NCBI GenBank assembly: GCA_965223265.1
Contig: OZ244999.1
Location: 1,536,001-1,600,000, forward strand
Length of the DNA stretch: 64,000 bases
Source of the DNA: Planctomycetota bacterium
GTDB lineage: Bacteria; Planctomycetota; UBA8108; SXIK01
Direction of reading: 5' to 3'
Positions within the stretch are counted from its first letter, which is position 1. Every line of letters begins with the position of its first letter. The notes below the pieces were generated by a model. The model saw only the letters and a program-made list of their open reading frames with translations, searched no databases and was not told the origin of the DNA. Below are positions 32,367 through 41,807 of this stretch, piece by piece. The position numbers and the translations under genes are program-made.

Positions 32367-33724
32367 GGCGATCTGTCTCCAATCGCATCGGCGACATGAC
32401 TCTTTGTCCCGTGGTGCGCAACGCGCGACAGTTTCTCGGCCGCTGGTCGAGAGATGCTGTCGTCGTGGCTGGGGTCGACGTCGCCCGATTGGGTAGAATC
32501 CCAGCCGAGAAGTTCGAGTAACTCACTCGCTAGGCGCCGCCACGTGAAGCGATGGAGCGCGTAGCGTTGAGCTCGAGCAGCGAGCGCCAACCGTCGCGGT
32601 GTGTCGTCGACAAGACGGTGGAGCGCGGAGACGAAAGCCTCGACGCAGCTAGGTGCGAACAGCTCGACGAGTGGCTGATCGGGGTTTCCCGCAACGATCT
32701 CTCGCACCGGCTCCGTGTCGCTGGCGAGCACCGCCGTGCCGGCTGCCATGGCCTCGACGATCTTGAGCGGCGAGAAATATGTTGGGCTCTCCTTGGTGTA
32801 AGGGGCGACGGCGATGTCGGCGGCGCGAAGAATGCCGGGGATCGACTCGTGAGGCACTGCGCCGTCGAAGACGATCGTGCCGCGTTGATTTCTTGCGTAC
32901 TCGCGGACGACGTTTTTGAGCGGTCCATCGCCGACGATCCAAAGGCCGAGTCGCCGCGACTTGGCGGCCATGTGGAACGCATCGAGGAGAAAATCTATTC
33001 CGTGCCACGGTTTGAGAGAGCCGGCGAACACGAGCACTGTCCGGCCGCGAAGGGATTCAGGAACGTTTGCGGCTCTGGAACCATCGGCCTTGGAACTATC
33101 GGTTTTGGAAGCCTCGACGAAGGCGTCTCCGACGCCGTTGTGAAAGACCCGGATACGCTCCCGCTCCACTCCTTCGTCCTCGAGCAGGCGTGCCAGAACG
33201 TCGGAGACAGCGATGACCCAATCGGCGGAGAGGAGCGTATCGCGTGCCAAACCGCGTGCTCCGGCCGACAATTCAAGTCCGCGGAAGGCGGAAGCTTCGA
33301 ACCATAGAGGTGAGTTGACTTCGAGTATGTGCGGGATTTGTGCGGTGCGTGCGTAGACGGATCCCGCGATCCCGAAGAGGGAGAAGCGTTCGTAGACCGC
33401 GTCGTGTGGCCCACGGGAGCGGAGTGCATCGAACACGACAGACTGATTCGCCAGCAATCTCGTCTCTCGTTCGAGGAGCGATTTTGATTTCGCCGCGAGA
33501 CTGAGAGTGACGGCCTGATTGGGCTCGGAGTGCTGAAACCGTCGCGCCATATGGATGTCGAGGTCGACACCGCGGCAGGCGAGCGCATGGGCCATCTCGC
33601 GAAAGTGCACCGACGCTCCCTTGGTGCCATCGGGGGGGATTCCCGGGTCAGTCGTCATGTAAGCGAGCCGAGGTCGTTCGACGGGGTGGTGCCCCCTTTC
33701 TCCCGGTGGTTGCGCGCTGCTCAC
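32363..33724 (-). CDS. Glycosyltransferase family 4
   Basis: DPGIP..GTKGASVH, VYERFSL, LEVNSPL, FAGSLKPWHG, YFSPLKIVEAMAAG. Confidence 0.9.
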   Translation of the reverse strand: MSSAQPPGERGHHPVERPRLAYMTTDPGIPPDGTKGASVHFREMAHALACRGVDLDIHMARRFQHSEPNQAVTLSLAAKSKSLLERETRLLANQSVVFDALRSRGPHDAVYERFSLFGIAGSVYARTAQIPHILEVNSPLWFEASAFRGLELSAGARGLARDTLLSADWVIAVSDVLARLLEDEGVERERIRVFHNGVGDAFVEASKTDSSKADGSRAANVPESLRGRTVLVFAGSLKPWHGIDFLLDAFHMAAKSRRLGLWIVGDGPLKNVVREYARNQRGTIVFDGAVPHESIPGILRAADIAVAPYTKESPTYFSPLKIVEAMAAGTAVLASDTEPVREIVAGNPDQPLVELFAPSCVEAFVSALHRLVDDTPRRLALAARAQRYALHRFTWRRLASELLELLGWDSTQSGDVDPSHDDSISRPAAEKLSRVAHHGTKSHVADAIGDRSP

Positions 33725-34971
33725 GGTGCGACTCCGGCGGCACCGACAGGTTGGCGTTCGGCGAACAGTGCGGCCAGTCGCCCGACGTTGCGGCGTAAAT
33801 CGAATTCCGCCTCGGCGCGACGTCTGCCGTTTTCTGCCAGCTGCCGGCGGCGCTCATCGTCGCGTAAGAGGCTGGAGATCGCTGCGCTCAGCGAGGCAAC
33901 GTCGTCGCACGGCACGATCACCCCAGCGTCCCCACCGGCAAGGATTTCCTCGACACCTGCGACCGGGGTGCTGACGACCGGAAGGCCCGCAGCGAGCGCC
34001 TCGAGGAGGATCGTTGGCAGCGCGTCACGATTGCCGTCGTTTCCGACTGTGCACGGTAGTGCTGTTAACGTCGCCTGCGAGAGCAAGTCCCGCACCTCGT
34101 CGTGCGTGCGCGCACCGAGCAGCTCGACGTTGGTAGCGCCGGTCTCCTCCGTGAGCTTCTCGAGTCGCTCTCGCTCCTCGCCCTCGCCGACGATGAGGAC
34201 GCGGAGCTTCGGATGCGCTTTCGCCAACCGCGCCGAGGCACGGATGAGGACGTGGAAGCCTTTCTTTTCGACCAGTCGGCCAACACCCAGGACGATCTGG
34301 GGAGTCGCCTCGGTGACGTGCGGGGCGTCGCGCGCATCGGGATGGAAGACGTTGAGATCGACGCCGTTGTAGAGACGCTTCACGTCGAGAGTGGTACCCC
34401 GCAGCAACTTCTCGCGCACGTGGGCTTGGTTGGCGTCGCACACGGTCACGGCGAAGCTTGCGTCGCGCACCAGCCGTTGAAACGCCTTGGGGTTGACCGT
34501 GTCGCGATAGATATCTTTGGCATGGCACGTGAACGAGTAAGGCTGACCTGTGATGGCGTGCGCTACACGAGCGACTTGCGTCGCCACAGTGGCGAAGTGA
34601 GCATGCAAGTGTTCGATACCGCGCCTTTGCGCCTCAATGGCGAGCAAGACGCCCCAGCGCAGCCTGGGCCACGGGTTGTCTGGGTGTTCGTCAAGAAGTT
34701 CGGCGAGAACCTCAAAGATCTCATCGCGGCGGCTGCGAAACAGATCGATGTGCGCGCCCAGCGTCCGTGCCATCGACGCAGCCTTCGGGTCCGGCATGTA
34801 GACGACGGAACCTTTGAATTCGCAGACGCCTGGATGAAACAGGCCGTCGTCGGGGCGATGGATCGAGAAGACGGTGACGTTATGTCCCCGCCGCTCGAGT
34901 TCGAGAAGTTCGTTGAGGATGAACGTCTCCGAGAGGCGCGGATATTTCTTTAGGACGTAACCGATGTTCAC
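33721..34971 (-). CDS. Glycosyltransferase family 4 (WcaL-like)
   Basis: YVLKKYPRLSETFILNE, HLHAHFA, HAKDIY, VGRLVEKKG, DALPTILLEALAAG. Confidence 0.92.
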   Translation of the reverse strand: MNIGYVLKKYPRLSETFILNELLELERRGHNVTVFSIHRPDDGLFHPGVCEFKGSVVYMPDPKAASMARTLGAHIDLFRSRRDEIFEVLAELLDEHPDNPWPRLRWGVLLAIEAQRRGIEHLHAHFATVATQVARVAHAITGQPYSFTCHAKDIYRDTVNPKAFQRLVRDASFAVTVCDANQAHVREKLLRGTTLDVKRLYNGVDLNVFHPDARDAPHVTEATPQIVLGVGRLVEKKGFHVLIRASARLAKAHPKLRVLIVGEGEERERLEKLTEETGATNVELLGARTHDEVRDLLSQATLTALPCTVGNDGNRDALPTILLEALAAGLPVVSTPVAGVEEILAGGDAGVIVPCDDVASLSAAISSLLRDDERRRQLAENGRRRAEAEFDLRRNVGRLAALFAERQPVGAAGVAP

Positions 34972-35017
34972 GGCGAGCCTCCTTGCGGTAGCGGGGAGAA
35001 AAAAACCCTCTGGGACG

Positions 35018-36340
35018 TCATATCGACGAAGCTTTCGCTGCCTCCACGCGTTCAGTCAGGAGTGCCGCCGCGACGTCGGCGCCGTTGAACGTGAAGCCGC
35101 AAGCCGTCGGCTCTGGGGGAGGGGAATCGAGCCGTTCGCTGATGGCCTGGGCGATGGCGCTGGGATTTTGAAGATCGTCGGGTCGTAAAACTTTCGCGAG
35201 TCCGAGTCGCTCCAAACGTGTGGCGCGCTCGAGCTGTTCTTCGCGTGGCGTACAGCGTGGTGTGATGAGAAGACGCTTCTTGAATGCCAACGCTTCGTAG
35301 ACAGAGTTGTAGCCGCCCATCCCGATGATCAAATCTGCGGCGGCGACGAGCTCTTCCAAGTCGCGCCGTGTCCGCATGAGTGAAAGCCGGGGGTCGCGCC
35401 GTGTGACACGTTCGAGTCGTTGGCGTTTCGAACAGCTCATGAGAGGGCCTGTGACGATGTCCGCCGAGAGGTTGCGATGGCGCAGAGGGCCTCGAAGCGC
35501 CGCGATCGTCGCCCGCAGGACGCCGTATGCATCGCCTCCTCCTCCGGCGCAGACGAGAAGACGTGGCGAGCCTGCGAGAGGCTCAACATGCGGGTCAGCG
35601 AGGGTCGGCGACGCTGGTGGCGACACGATTCCGACGTACGTGAGTTTGTCTGCGAGCGATTGCGGCAGGTCGTATTCTTGGGCGACGTCGAAGAACTCGC
35701 GCAGCCCGTAGACAACGATGTCATCGTAGAGCTGCATCCATTCGAGAGTCTTTCCGGAGAGCTCGAGCTTGCCGCGATGAGGCGAGTCGATGATGTCGCG
35801 CATGCCGAGGACGACGCGGGCTGCAGGGTCGCGCCCTTGTGCGGCACGCAGGGGTGCGATCAATTCGCCGAGAACGCCGCCGGGGGCATGGTCGACGACG
35901 ACGAGGTGTGGCCGAAACTCAGTCCAAGCGGCAAGAATGATCTCTTGTCGTAGAGTGAGCGCTTTATCTGCTGACAATCCGAGACGCCTGGGAACGTAGT
36001 CGCCGCGGCCGTCCTTGGTGAACGAGGGGAGTTTGATGAAGTCGGTGCGATGCGGCAGTCGGAACAGGTCAGGGCGCGGCGAACCGGTGACGCAAAGGAT
36101 GGTTGTCTCCGGATTGCGGTCGGCGAGTGCCTGCGCAACAAGAGTCGTGCGGCGGTAGTGCCCGAGGCCGTACGAGTCGTGGCTGAACAGGAGGACGCGG
36201 CTTGCCGGACGCGGGAGACGGAGGCGGCTCTTCGTTGTCCTGCGCTTTTCGGGCGGAGCCTGAGCGATCCTCGGTGACTCCAGAGTCGCGTCGTTTCGTG
36301 CAACTCGTCGGTCGGCGGGGGCGTGAGTTTCAAGTGTCAC
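35018..36340 (-). CDS. Predicted glycosyltransferase, COG4671 / GT28-like fold (start uncertain)
   Basis: LFSHDSYGLGHYRR, VVDHAPGG, LGMRDIID, GGGGD, GMGGYNSVYE, PR...REEQL.RA. Confidence 0.88.
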   Translation of the reverse strand: MTLETHAPADRRVARNDATLESPRIAQAPPEKRRTTKSRLRLPRPASRVLLFSHDSYGLGHYRRTTLVAQALADRNPETTILCVTGSPRPDLFRLPHRTDFIKLPSFTKDGRGDYVPRRLGLSADKALTLRQEIILAAWTEFRPHLVVVDHAPGGVLGELIAPLRAAQGRDPAARVVLGMRDIIDSPHRGKLELSGKTLEWMQLYDDIVVYGLREFFDVAQEYDLPQSLADKLTYVGIVSPPASPTLADPHVEPLAGSPRLLVCAGGGGDAYGVLRATIAALRGPLRHRNLSADIVTGPLMSCSKRQRLERVTRRDPRLSLMRTRRDLEELVAAADLIIGMGGYNSVYEALAFKKRLLITPRCTPREEQLERATRLERLGLAKVLRPDDLQNPSAIAQAISERLDSPPPEPTACGFTFNGADVAAALLTERVEAAKASSI

Positions 36341-36796
36341 AGCGGGAGCCTCGACGGGGAATGGGTGATCAAGGGCGAGCGCGCTGCGTGACCGTGACGA
36401 CGGCAGGGCGAACGACCGTGGTCTCCGGTCGCCCCTCGCAGATTTGGGAATATATTCCCAAAACAATCTGGAGTCAAGTGATTCTAGGAGCTTTCCTGCT
36501 TTGGCAGGCTGCTAAGGCCTTTCGAACCGTCGCCGAGTGTGGCGCGGTGCCCGGTGCCCATCGCCGGCCGTCGTGGCGATCTGGGCGGTGTCGTCGTCCC
36601 AGGGCGGACTCGATAGCTAGTTGAGAGCCGCGCCGTGCGATTTACGCTGTCGGCGGAGACGATCGCGCTACGGCGACGGGAGCGCTGAACGGATACGATT
36701 CAGCGCACTGAATACTTACCACGACCCGGGGGATTGAGGTTTGGACGACGGGGTGTGATGGGGCGAGGAGCGACGTCGGCCGAGTCGCCACTCGAA

Positions 36797-37345
36797 TCAT
36801 GCGTCGACGACGATGGTGTCGGCGATGAAATCGTGGATGCACCTTTTGTCGCGGCGAAAGATGAAGAGCAGATCAACGAAGATCAAAAGGTTGAGTCCAG
36901 GCACGATAGCCAGAATCCATAGCGGCACAACTCGTCGCGTAAAGATGCGTCCAAGTGTGGCTTGGCTACCGTCCGAGCGCACGATCTTGATGCTCAAAAC
37001 AGCCTTTCCCAGAGTTTGGGCTCGTGTGTGGAGAAGGTACCCATGGAAGAGCAGAAAAAGAACCAAGCCCACACAGTTGAGACCGAGATCGCGATTGAAG
37101 TCTGGCTTGATAGCCGGGAAATCGTCATACAACCCCGCCCACAGCGCGATCGGAAACACTACGGAGGACATGATCAAGGAGTCGATGAGCGCTGCCCCCA
37201 GTCGTCTCATGCGAGTGGCGAGTCGGTGTTGTTGATCCTCGTCGACGCTCGCAAGCTGTTCGGGCGCCGAATACGGGTTCTCCTCGTTGCCAGAAGTGGC
37301 GTCATGCAGTTCATTCGTCACAGAGGATGCCCTCGATATGTTCAC
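36797..37345 (-). CDS. RDD family membrane protein
   Basis: ENPYSAP, LAT..RRLGAALID, QTLGK....IKIV, KRCIHDFIADTIVV. Confidence 0.9.
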   Translation of the reverse strand: MNISRASSVTNELHDATSGNEENPYSAPEQLASVDEDQQHRLATRMRRLGAALIDSLIMSSVVFPIALWAGLYDDFPAIKPDFNRDLGLNCVGLVLFLLFHGYLLHTRAQTLGKAVLSIKIVRSDGSQATLGRIFTRRVVPLWILAIVPGLNLLIFVDLLFIFRRDKRCIHDFIADTIVVDA

Positions 37346-37382
37346 CGGACGGTGGAGCGGGGGTCAGAGAGTCCCCGAATCC

Positions 37383-38747
37383 CTAAACCAGCTCGCGCAT
37401 CGGATCGTGGTGATCGATCAGGTACTGCGGCCGGCCATTGTGGTCCGGAATCGTCGTCGTCGTGACATCGATTCCCAGCGCCTGATAGACCGTCGCGAAC
37501 ACTTCTTGCATGTGGACGGGGCGATCGAGCGCGGCTTCTGCAAGCCGGTTCGTCGACCCGATGACCTGCCCGGTTTTCAGACCGCCGCCGGCGAGAAGTG
37601 CTGCGTGAACACGCGGCCAGTGGTCGCGTCCGGCACTCTTGTTGATGCGTGGCGTGCGCCCGAACTCGCCCCAGACGAGGACGGTCACGTCGCGATCGAG
37701 ACCTCGTTGATGGAGGTCGTCCACCAAAGCGGCGACGCCCTGGTCGAGTAGCGGCACGACCTTGCGCGCACTCGAGAAGTTGCCGCCATGCCAGTCAAAG
37801 TGGGCGAAGCTGCAGGTGACGCATCGCGCTCCCGCCTCGACGGCTCGCCGCGCCATGAGGAAGCGCGACATGAGCGCCTGGTAGCCCATGCTGAGCGAGT
37901 AGCCGAGCACCTTGGGATCGTCGATGCCGTAGCGCTCGCGGACCTTGACATCCTCTCGCTCAAGGTCGAGCGCTTCGACGAGCTTTGATGACGTCAGCAC
38001 GCCCAGGGCCTGCTCCGTATAGGTGTCGTAGCCGCCGCCAGCGCTCGCCTGCTGATCGACGTCGCGCCGAAACCGATCGAGCGACGCCAGCAGTTGGCCG
38101 CGCGCTCCGAAGCGCTTCGAACTCACGCCCTCGACGAGCTTCATGTTCTCGATCGTCTCGCCGTCCGGGCGGAACGGGGCGTGCGCGTGGCCCAGGAAGC
38201 CGGGCCCTTTGATGTTCCATGGGTTGTGCGCCATCTTCAGCGATAGATCGACGTAGGGCGGTACCGACTGATCGACCGGGCCGTAGAGGCGCGAAAGGCT
38301 GGAACCCATCGATGGCCAGCCTCCGGGAGGCTGCGGGCTGCCAGCGTGACGGCCCGTGCAGCACTCGAACGCGTCGTGGCGACCGTCGGAGCCGACGAGT
38401 GAACGGATGATGGCAAACTTGTCCATCATCGACGCGACTCGCGGCATGAGCTCGCTGATTTCGATCCCCGGCACGTTCGTCTTGATCGGGTTGAACTCGC
38501 CGCGGAATTCGCGCGGTGCATCCGGCTTCAAATCGAACATGTCCTGGTGCGGGGCGCCGCCTGCCAGGAAGATCATGATCACGGATTTATGCGACGGTCG
38601 CGACGCTGTGCGTGCGCTCGCGGCGCTCTCGGCGCGGAGGATCTGCGGCAGCGACAAGCCGCCCATCGCCAGGCCGCCAATCTGTAAAAAAGATCGGCGC
38701 GGCAGCCGGTCGCACAGTGTGATGGGTTGGCCTTCGATCCTCAGCAT
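37383..38747 (-). CDS. DUF1501 family protein (Tat-like signal)
   Basis: PRRSFLQIG; FLAGG..HQDMFDLKP, ARRAVEAG, DWH, WGEFGRTP.IN..GRDHWP. Confidence 0.92.
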   Translation of the reverse strand: MLRIEGQPITLCDRLPRRSFLQIGGLAMGGLSLPQILRAESAASARTASRPSHKSVIMIFLAGGAPHQDMFDLKPDAPREFRGEFNPIKTNVPGIEISELMPRVASMMDKFAIIRSLVGSDGRHDAFECCTGRHAGSPQPPGGWPSMGSSLSRLYGPVDQSVPPYVDLSLKMAHNPWNIKGPGFLGHAHAPFRPDGETIENMKLVEGVSSKRFGARGQLLASLDRFRRDVDQQASAGGGYDTYTEQALGVLTSSKLVEALDLEREDVKVRERYGIDDPKVLGYSLSMGYQALMSRFLMARRAVEAGARCVTCSFAHFDWHGGNFSSARKVVPLLDQGVAALVDDLHQRGLDRDVTVLVWGEFGRTPRINKSAGRDHWPRVHAALLAGGGLKTGQVIGSTNRLAEAALDRPVHMQEVFATVYQALGIDVTTTTIPDHNGRPQYLIDHHDPMRELV

Positions 38748-38896
38748 ACGATTCGCTCCGAAAAGTCAGCCCGCGCCGTCGTTCCGGGGACGGCGATTTC
38801 TTCCGCATGCCAGGCTAACATCACCGTCACCGCGACTGCAATCGGAGATTAGGGCGGGGCTTACAGAATTTGTAGTCCCTCGGCGCCCAATTTGAG

Positions 38897-38933
38897 CTGC
38901 CGGGCGCGGGGCGGGTGGCGCCGCGCCCGGCAG
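38897..38933. other. 13-bp perfect GC-rich stem-loop in a divergent intergenic region
   Basis: CTGCCGGGCGCGG 38897-38909 and CCGCGCCCGGCAG 38921-38933, 11-nt loop, no U tract. Confidence 0.55.
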
Positions 38934-39015
38934 AGCTTGAAATCAATCGGGCCGTCCGGCAGCTTAGAAGCTCCCCAGATCGAGTCGAGCCACGCGAGCA
39001 CCGGAGCCACGCGCC

Positions 39016-40383
39016 ATGAGCGACCACCACGAACCGCAGCCGTCCTCGCCGCCGGCGGCGACGGCGAGTTTTTCCCGTCGCCGTTTGCTAGCCGCTGGTG
39101 CGGCGGGACTTGCAGGCAGTGTCGGCGGTGCCCTCTCGACTTTCGGCACAGCGCGCCCCGCGAGTGCGGCGCCGGCGGCGACGCGGCCGCAGATTGCTGC
39201 GCTCGTGACTGAGTATCGCAAGTATTCGCACGGGCAAAACATCGTCGACCGCTTTCTCGGCGGCTACGGTTGGGAGAGCGGCTGGCGTCATCCAGAGATG
39301 GATGTCGTGGCGCTCTACGTCGATCAGTTTCCAGAGTCCGACCTCAGCCGCGAGCGTGTGGCTCGCTACCCTGGGCTGAAGCTGTACCCGTCCATCGAGG
39401 CGGCACTCACGCAAGGCGGCAAGCGCTTGGCGGTCGACGGCGTTCTCCTGATCGCCGAGCACGGGCGGTACCCCAAGAACGAGAAGGGGCAGACGCTTTG
39501 GCCGCGCTACGAGTTTTTCCGCCAGACTGTCGACGTCTTCCGGGCCAGCCGGCGCAGCGTCCCGCTCTTCTGCGACAAGCACCTGTCGTGGAAGTGGGAG
39601 TGGGCCAAGGAGATGGTGGACACCAGCCACGAGCTCGGCTTTCCGATGTTTGCGGGATCATCTTTGCCGGTCTGTCGTCGCATCCCCTCGATCGATTTGC
39701 CCTGGGGCGCGGAGGTTGAAGAAATCGTCAGCGTCGGTGTCGGCGGCATCGACGGCTATGACATCCACTCGCTCGAGGCGATGCAGTGTCTCGTCGAGAG
39801 ACGTCGCGGGGGTGAAACCGGTGTCGTGTGGATCGAAGCGCTACGCGGCGATCGCGTTTGGGAGGCGATGCGTGCTGGTTCTTTCGCGCAGGGCGGGTGG
39901 GATCCACGTCTCTTCGAGGCGTGCCTGTGCCGGAGCCTGACGCTCAAGCCCGCCGATGAGACGCGACGCCACACCTATCCGACGCCGGAGGAGATTCCAC
40001 ATCTCGTTGACTCGCCGCCTGTCGCCTATCGCTTCGAATACGCCGACGGCTTGCGTGCGACCATGCTGCTCGTCGAAGGGCTCGTCGGCGACATCACGGC
40101 CGCCGCGCGTCTGAAAGGCGAGCGCGATCCCTTCTCGGTGCTGTTCTATCTCGGCGCAGGACATGGCACGCAGCCGAATTTCTTCAATCCGCTCAGTCTC
40201 CACATGGAGAACCTCATCGCCACCGGCAAGTCCCCGTATCCAGTGGAGCGGACGCTGCTGACGACCGGACTGACAGCAGCCGGTGTCGAATCGCTGTGGC
40301 GTGGGCAGAAGCGCATGGAGACGCCACACCTGGCGGCGGTGCAGTATCAAGTAGGCAAAGAATCGACGTTTCGGAGAACGTGA
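39016..40383 (+). CDS. Tat-exported hypothetical protein, distant Gfo/Idh/MocA-like oxidoreductase
   Basis: SRRRLLAAG Tat motif; VDGVLLIAEHG.YP, DKHLS, AGSSLP, PVERTLL. Confidence 0.75.
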   Translation: MSDHHEPQPSSPPAATASFSRRRLLAAGAAGLAGSVGGALSTFGTARPASAAPAATRPQIAALVTEYRKYSHGQNIVDRFLGGYGWESGWRHPEMDVVALYVDQFPESDLSRERVARYPGLKLYPSIEAALTQGGKRLAVDGVLLIAEHGRYPKNEKGQTLWPRYEFFRQTVDVFRASRRSVPLFCDKHLSWKWEWAKEMVDTSHELGFPMFAGSSLPVCRRIPSIDLPWGAEVEEIVSVGVGGIDGYDIHSLEAMQCLVERRRGGETGVVWIEALRGDRVWEAMRAGSFAQGGWDPRLFEACLCRSLTLKPADETRRHTYPTPEEIPHLVDSPPVAYRFEYADGLRATMLLVEGLVGDITAAARLKGERDPFSVLFYLGAGHGTQPNFFNPLSLHMENLIATGKSPYPVERTLLTTGLTAAGVESLWRGQKRMETPHLAAVQYQVGKESTFRRT

Positions 40384-41582
40384 TGGCCGGCGCGCAGCGA
40401 AAGAAGTTGGCGATCGTGACGACGTTCTGGGACTGGCGGAGCCACGCCAATCACATGAGCGAGCGCTTCCTCAGCGGCTATCCGCGCGATGGCAAGTGGC
40501 ACCGCCCGGCGATGGATGTCGTCAGCGCGTTCGTCGACCAGCAGCCCGAGGATGACGATCTCAGCCGACAGCGCGCCAAGGAGCACAACTTCAAGATCTA
40601 TCCGACGATCGCCGAAACGCTGCGGGTCGGCGGTGACAAACTTGGCGTCGATGCGGTTCTTTTAATCGCCGAGCACGGCGACTATCCGGACAACGAGAAG
40701 GGGCAGAAACTCTATCCACGCTACGAGTTTTTCTCGGAGATCGTCGACGTATTCCGAGCCGACGGACGTGCCGTCCCGGTCTTCAACGACAAACACCTTT
40801 CGTACAGCTTCGAAAAAGCAAAGCGCATGGTGGAAGCGTCGAAGGAGCTTGAGTTTCCATTTCTTGCCGGCTCATCGCTCCCGGTGACGTTTCGCTTACC
40901 ACCGGTTGAGCTGCCGATGGAGTGCGAGCTCGAAGACGCACTCATGATCGGAGTCGGCGGCTCGGATGCGATGGACTACCACGCGCTCGAGGCGATGCAG
41001 TGCATGGTCGAGCGGCGCCGCGGCGGTGAGACGGGCGTGAAGGCAGTGCAGCTGATCGACGGCAGTGAAGTGTGGCGCGCCGGAAAGGATGGTCGCTGGT
41101 CGCGGCGGCTCCTCGAGGCGGCGACGGCGCGCTCGGATTCGCGCAGCGGCATTGGCAAGAGCGATGGACGGCCGCAGAATTGGGCGCACAGCGGTGAGCT
41201 CGAGGAGCTCGTGGAGAGCCCCGCTGCGTACTTCATTGAGTACAACGATGGTTTTCGCGCCACGCTGTTGATGCTCAACGGCGCGGTGCAGGATTTCACG
41301 TTTGCTGCGAAGGTGCGGGGCGTCTCTGATCTGCAGTCGACCCAGTTCTTGTTGCCGCCGCGACCGAACGTGACCTATTCCGCGTGCCTCATGGGAAAGG
41401 TCGAGGAGATGATCCTCGAGAACCGCGCGCCGTATCCGGTGGAGCGCACGCTGCTCGTCAGTGGTACGCTGGAGCGTTGCCTGCAGTCGCGACTGCAGGG
41501 GCACCGGCGCATTCTCACCCCAGAGCTGGACGTGACCTATCGCGCGCCTGCGGCATCCCAGTTTTGCGCCGCTCTGGGCTAA
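40383..41582 (+). CDS. Paralog of the upstream Gfo/Idh/MocA-like protein, without a signal peptide
   Basis: TGATG stop/start overlap; same motifs (LLIAEHGDYP.NEKGQ, DKHLS, AGSSLP, LEAMQCMVERRRGGETGV). Confidence 0.75.
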   Translation: MAGAQRKKLAIVTTFWDWRSHANHMSERFLSGYPRDGKWHRPAMDVVSAFVDQQPEDDDLSRQRAKEHNFKIYPTIAETLRVGGDKLGVDAVLLIAEHGDYPDNEKGQKLYPRYEFFSEIVDVFRADGRAVPVFNDKHLSYSFEKAKRMVEASKELEFPFLAGSSLPVTFRLPPVELPMECELEDALMIGVGGSDAMDYHALEAMQCMVERRRGGETGVKAVQLIDGSEVWRAGKDGRWSRRLLEAATARSDSRSGIGKSDGRPQNWAHSGELEELVESPAAYFIEYNDGFRATLLMLNGAVQDFTFAAKVRGVSDLQSTQFLLPPRPNVTYSACLMGKVEEMILENRAPYPVERTLLVSGTLERCLQSRLQGHRRILTPELDVTYRAPAASQFCAALG

Positions 41583-41807
41583 GCGGCATGGCGGGGGCCG
41601 CCCTTGGTCGTCACTAAGTGATGGTGAATAGGCTCGTGAGAACACGAATTCGTGCATCTCGGGCATGTCCAATTGCGGAAGGGCTGTGTAAAAAGCGGTG
41701 AGAAGCCAATTCACGAACCTCGCAGAGCTCTGGAAACCGGTCAACCTGGTCAGGGACTCGCGGTACAATCGTCGGCGATCCGATCGTCTTGAGACTTGCC
41801 GAACATC

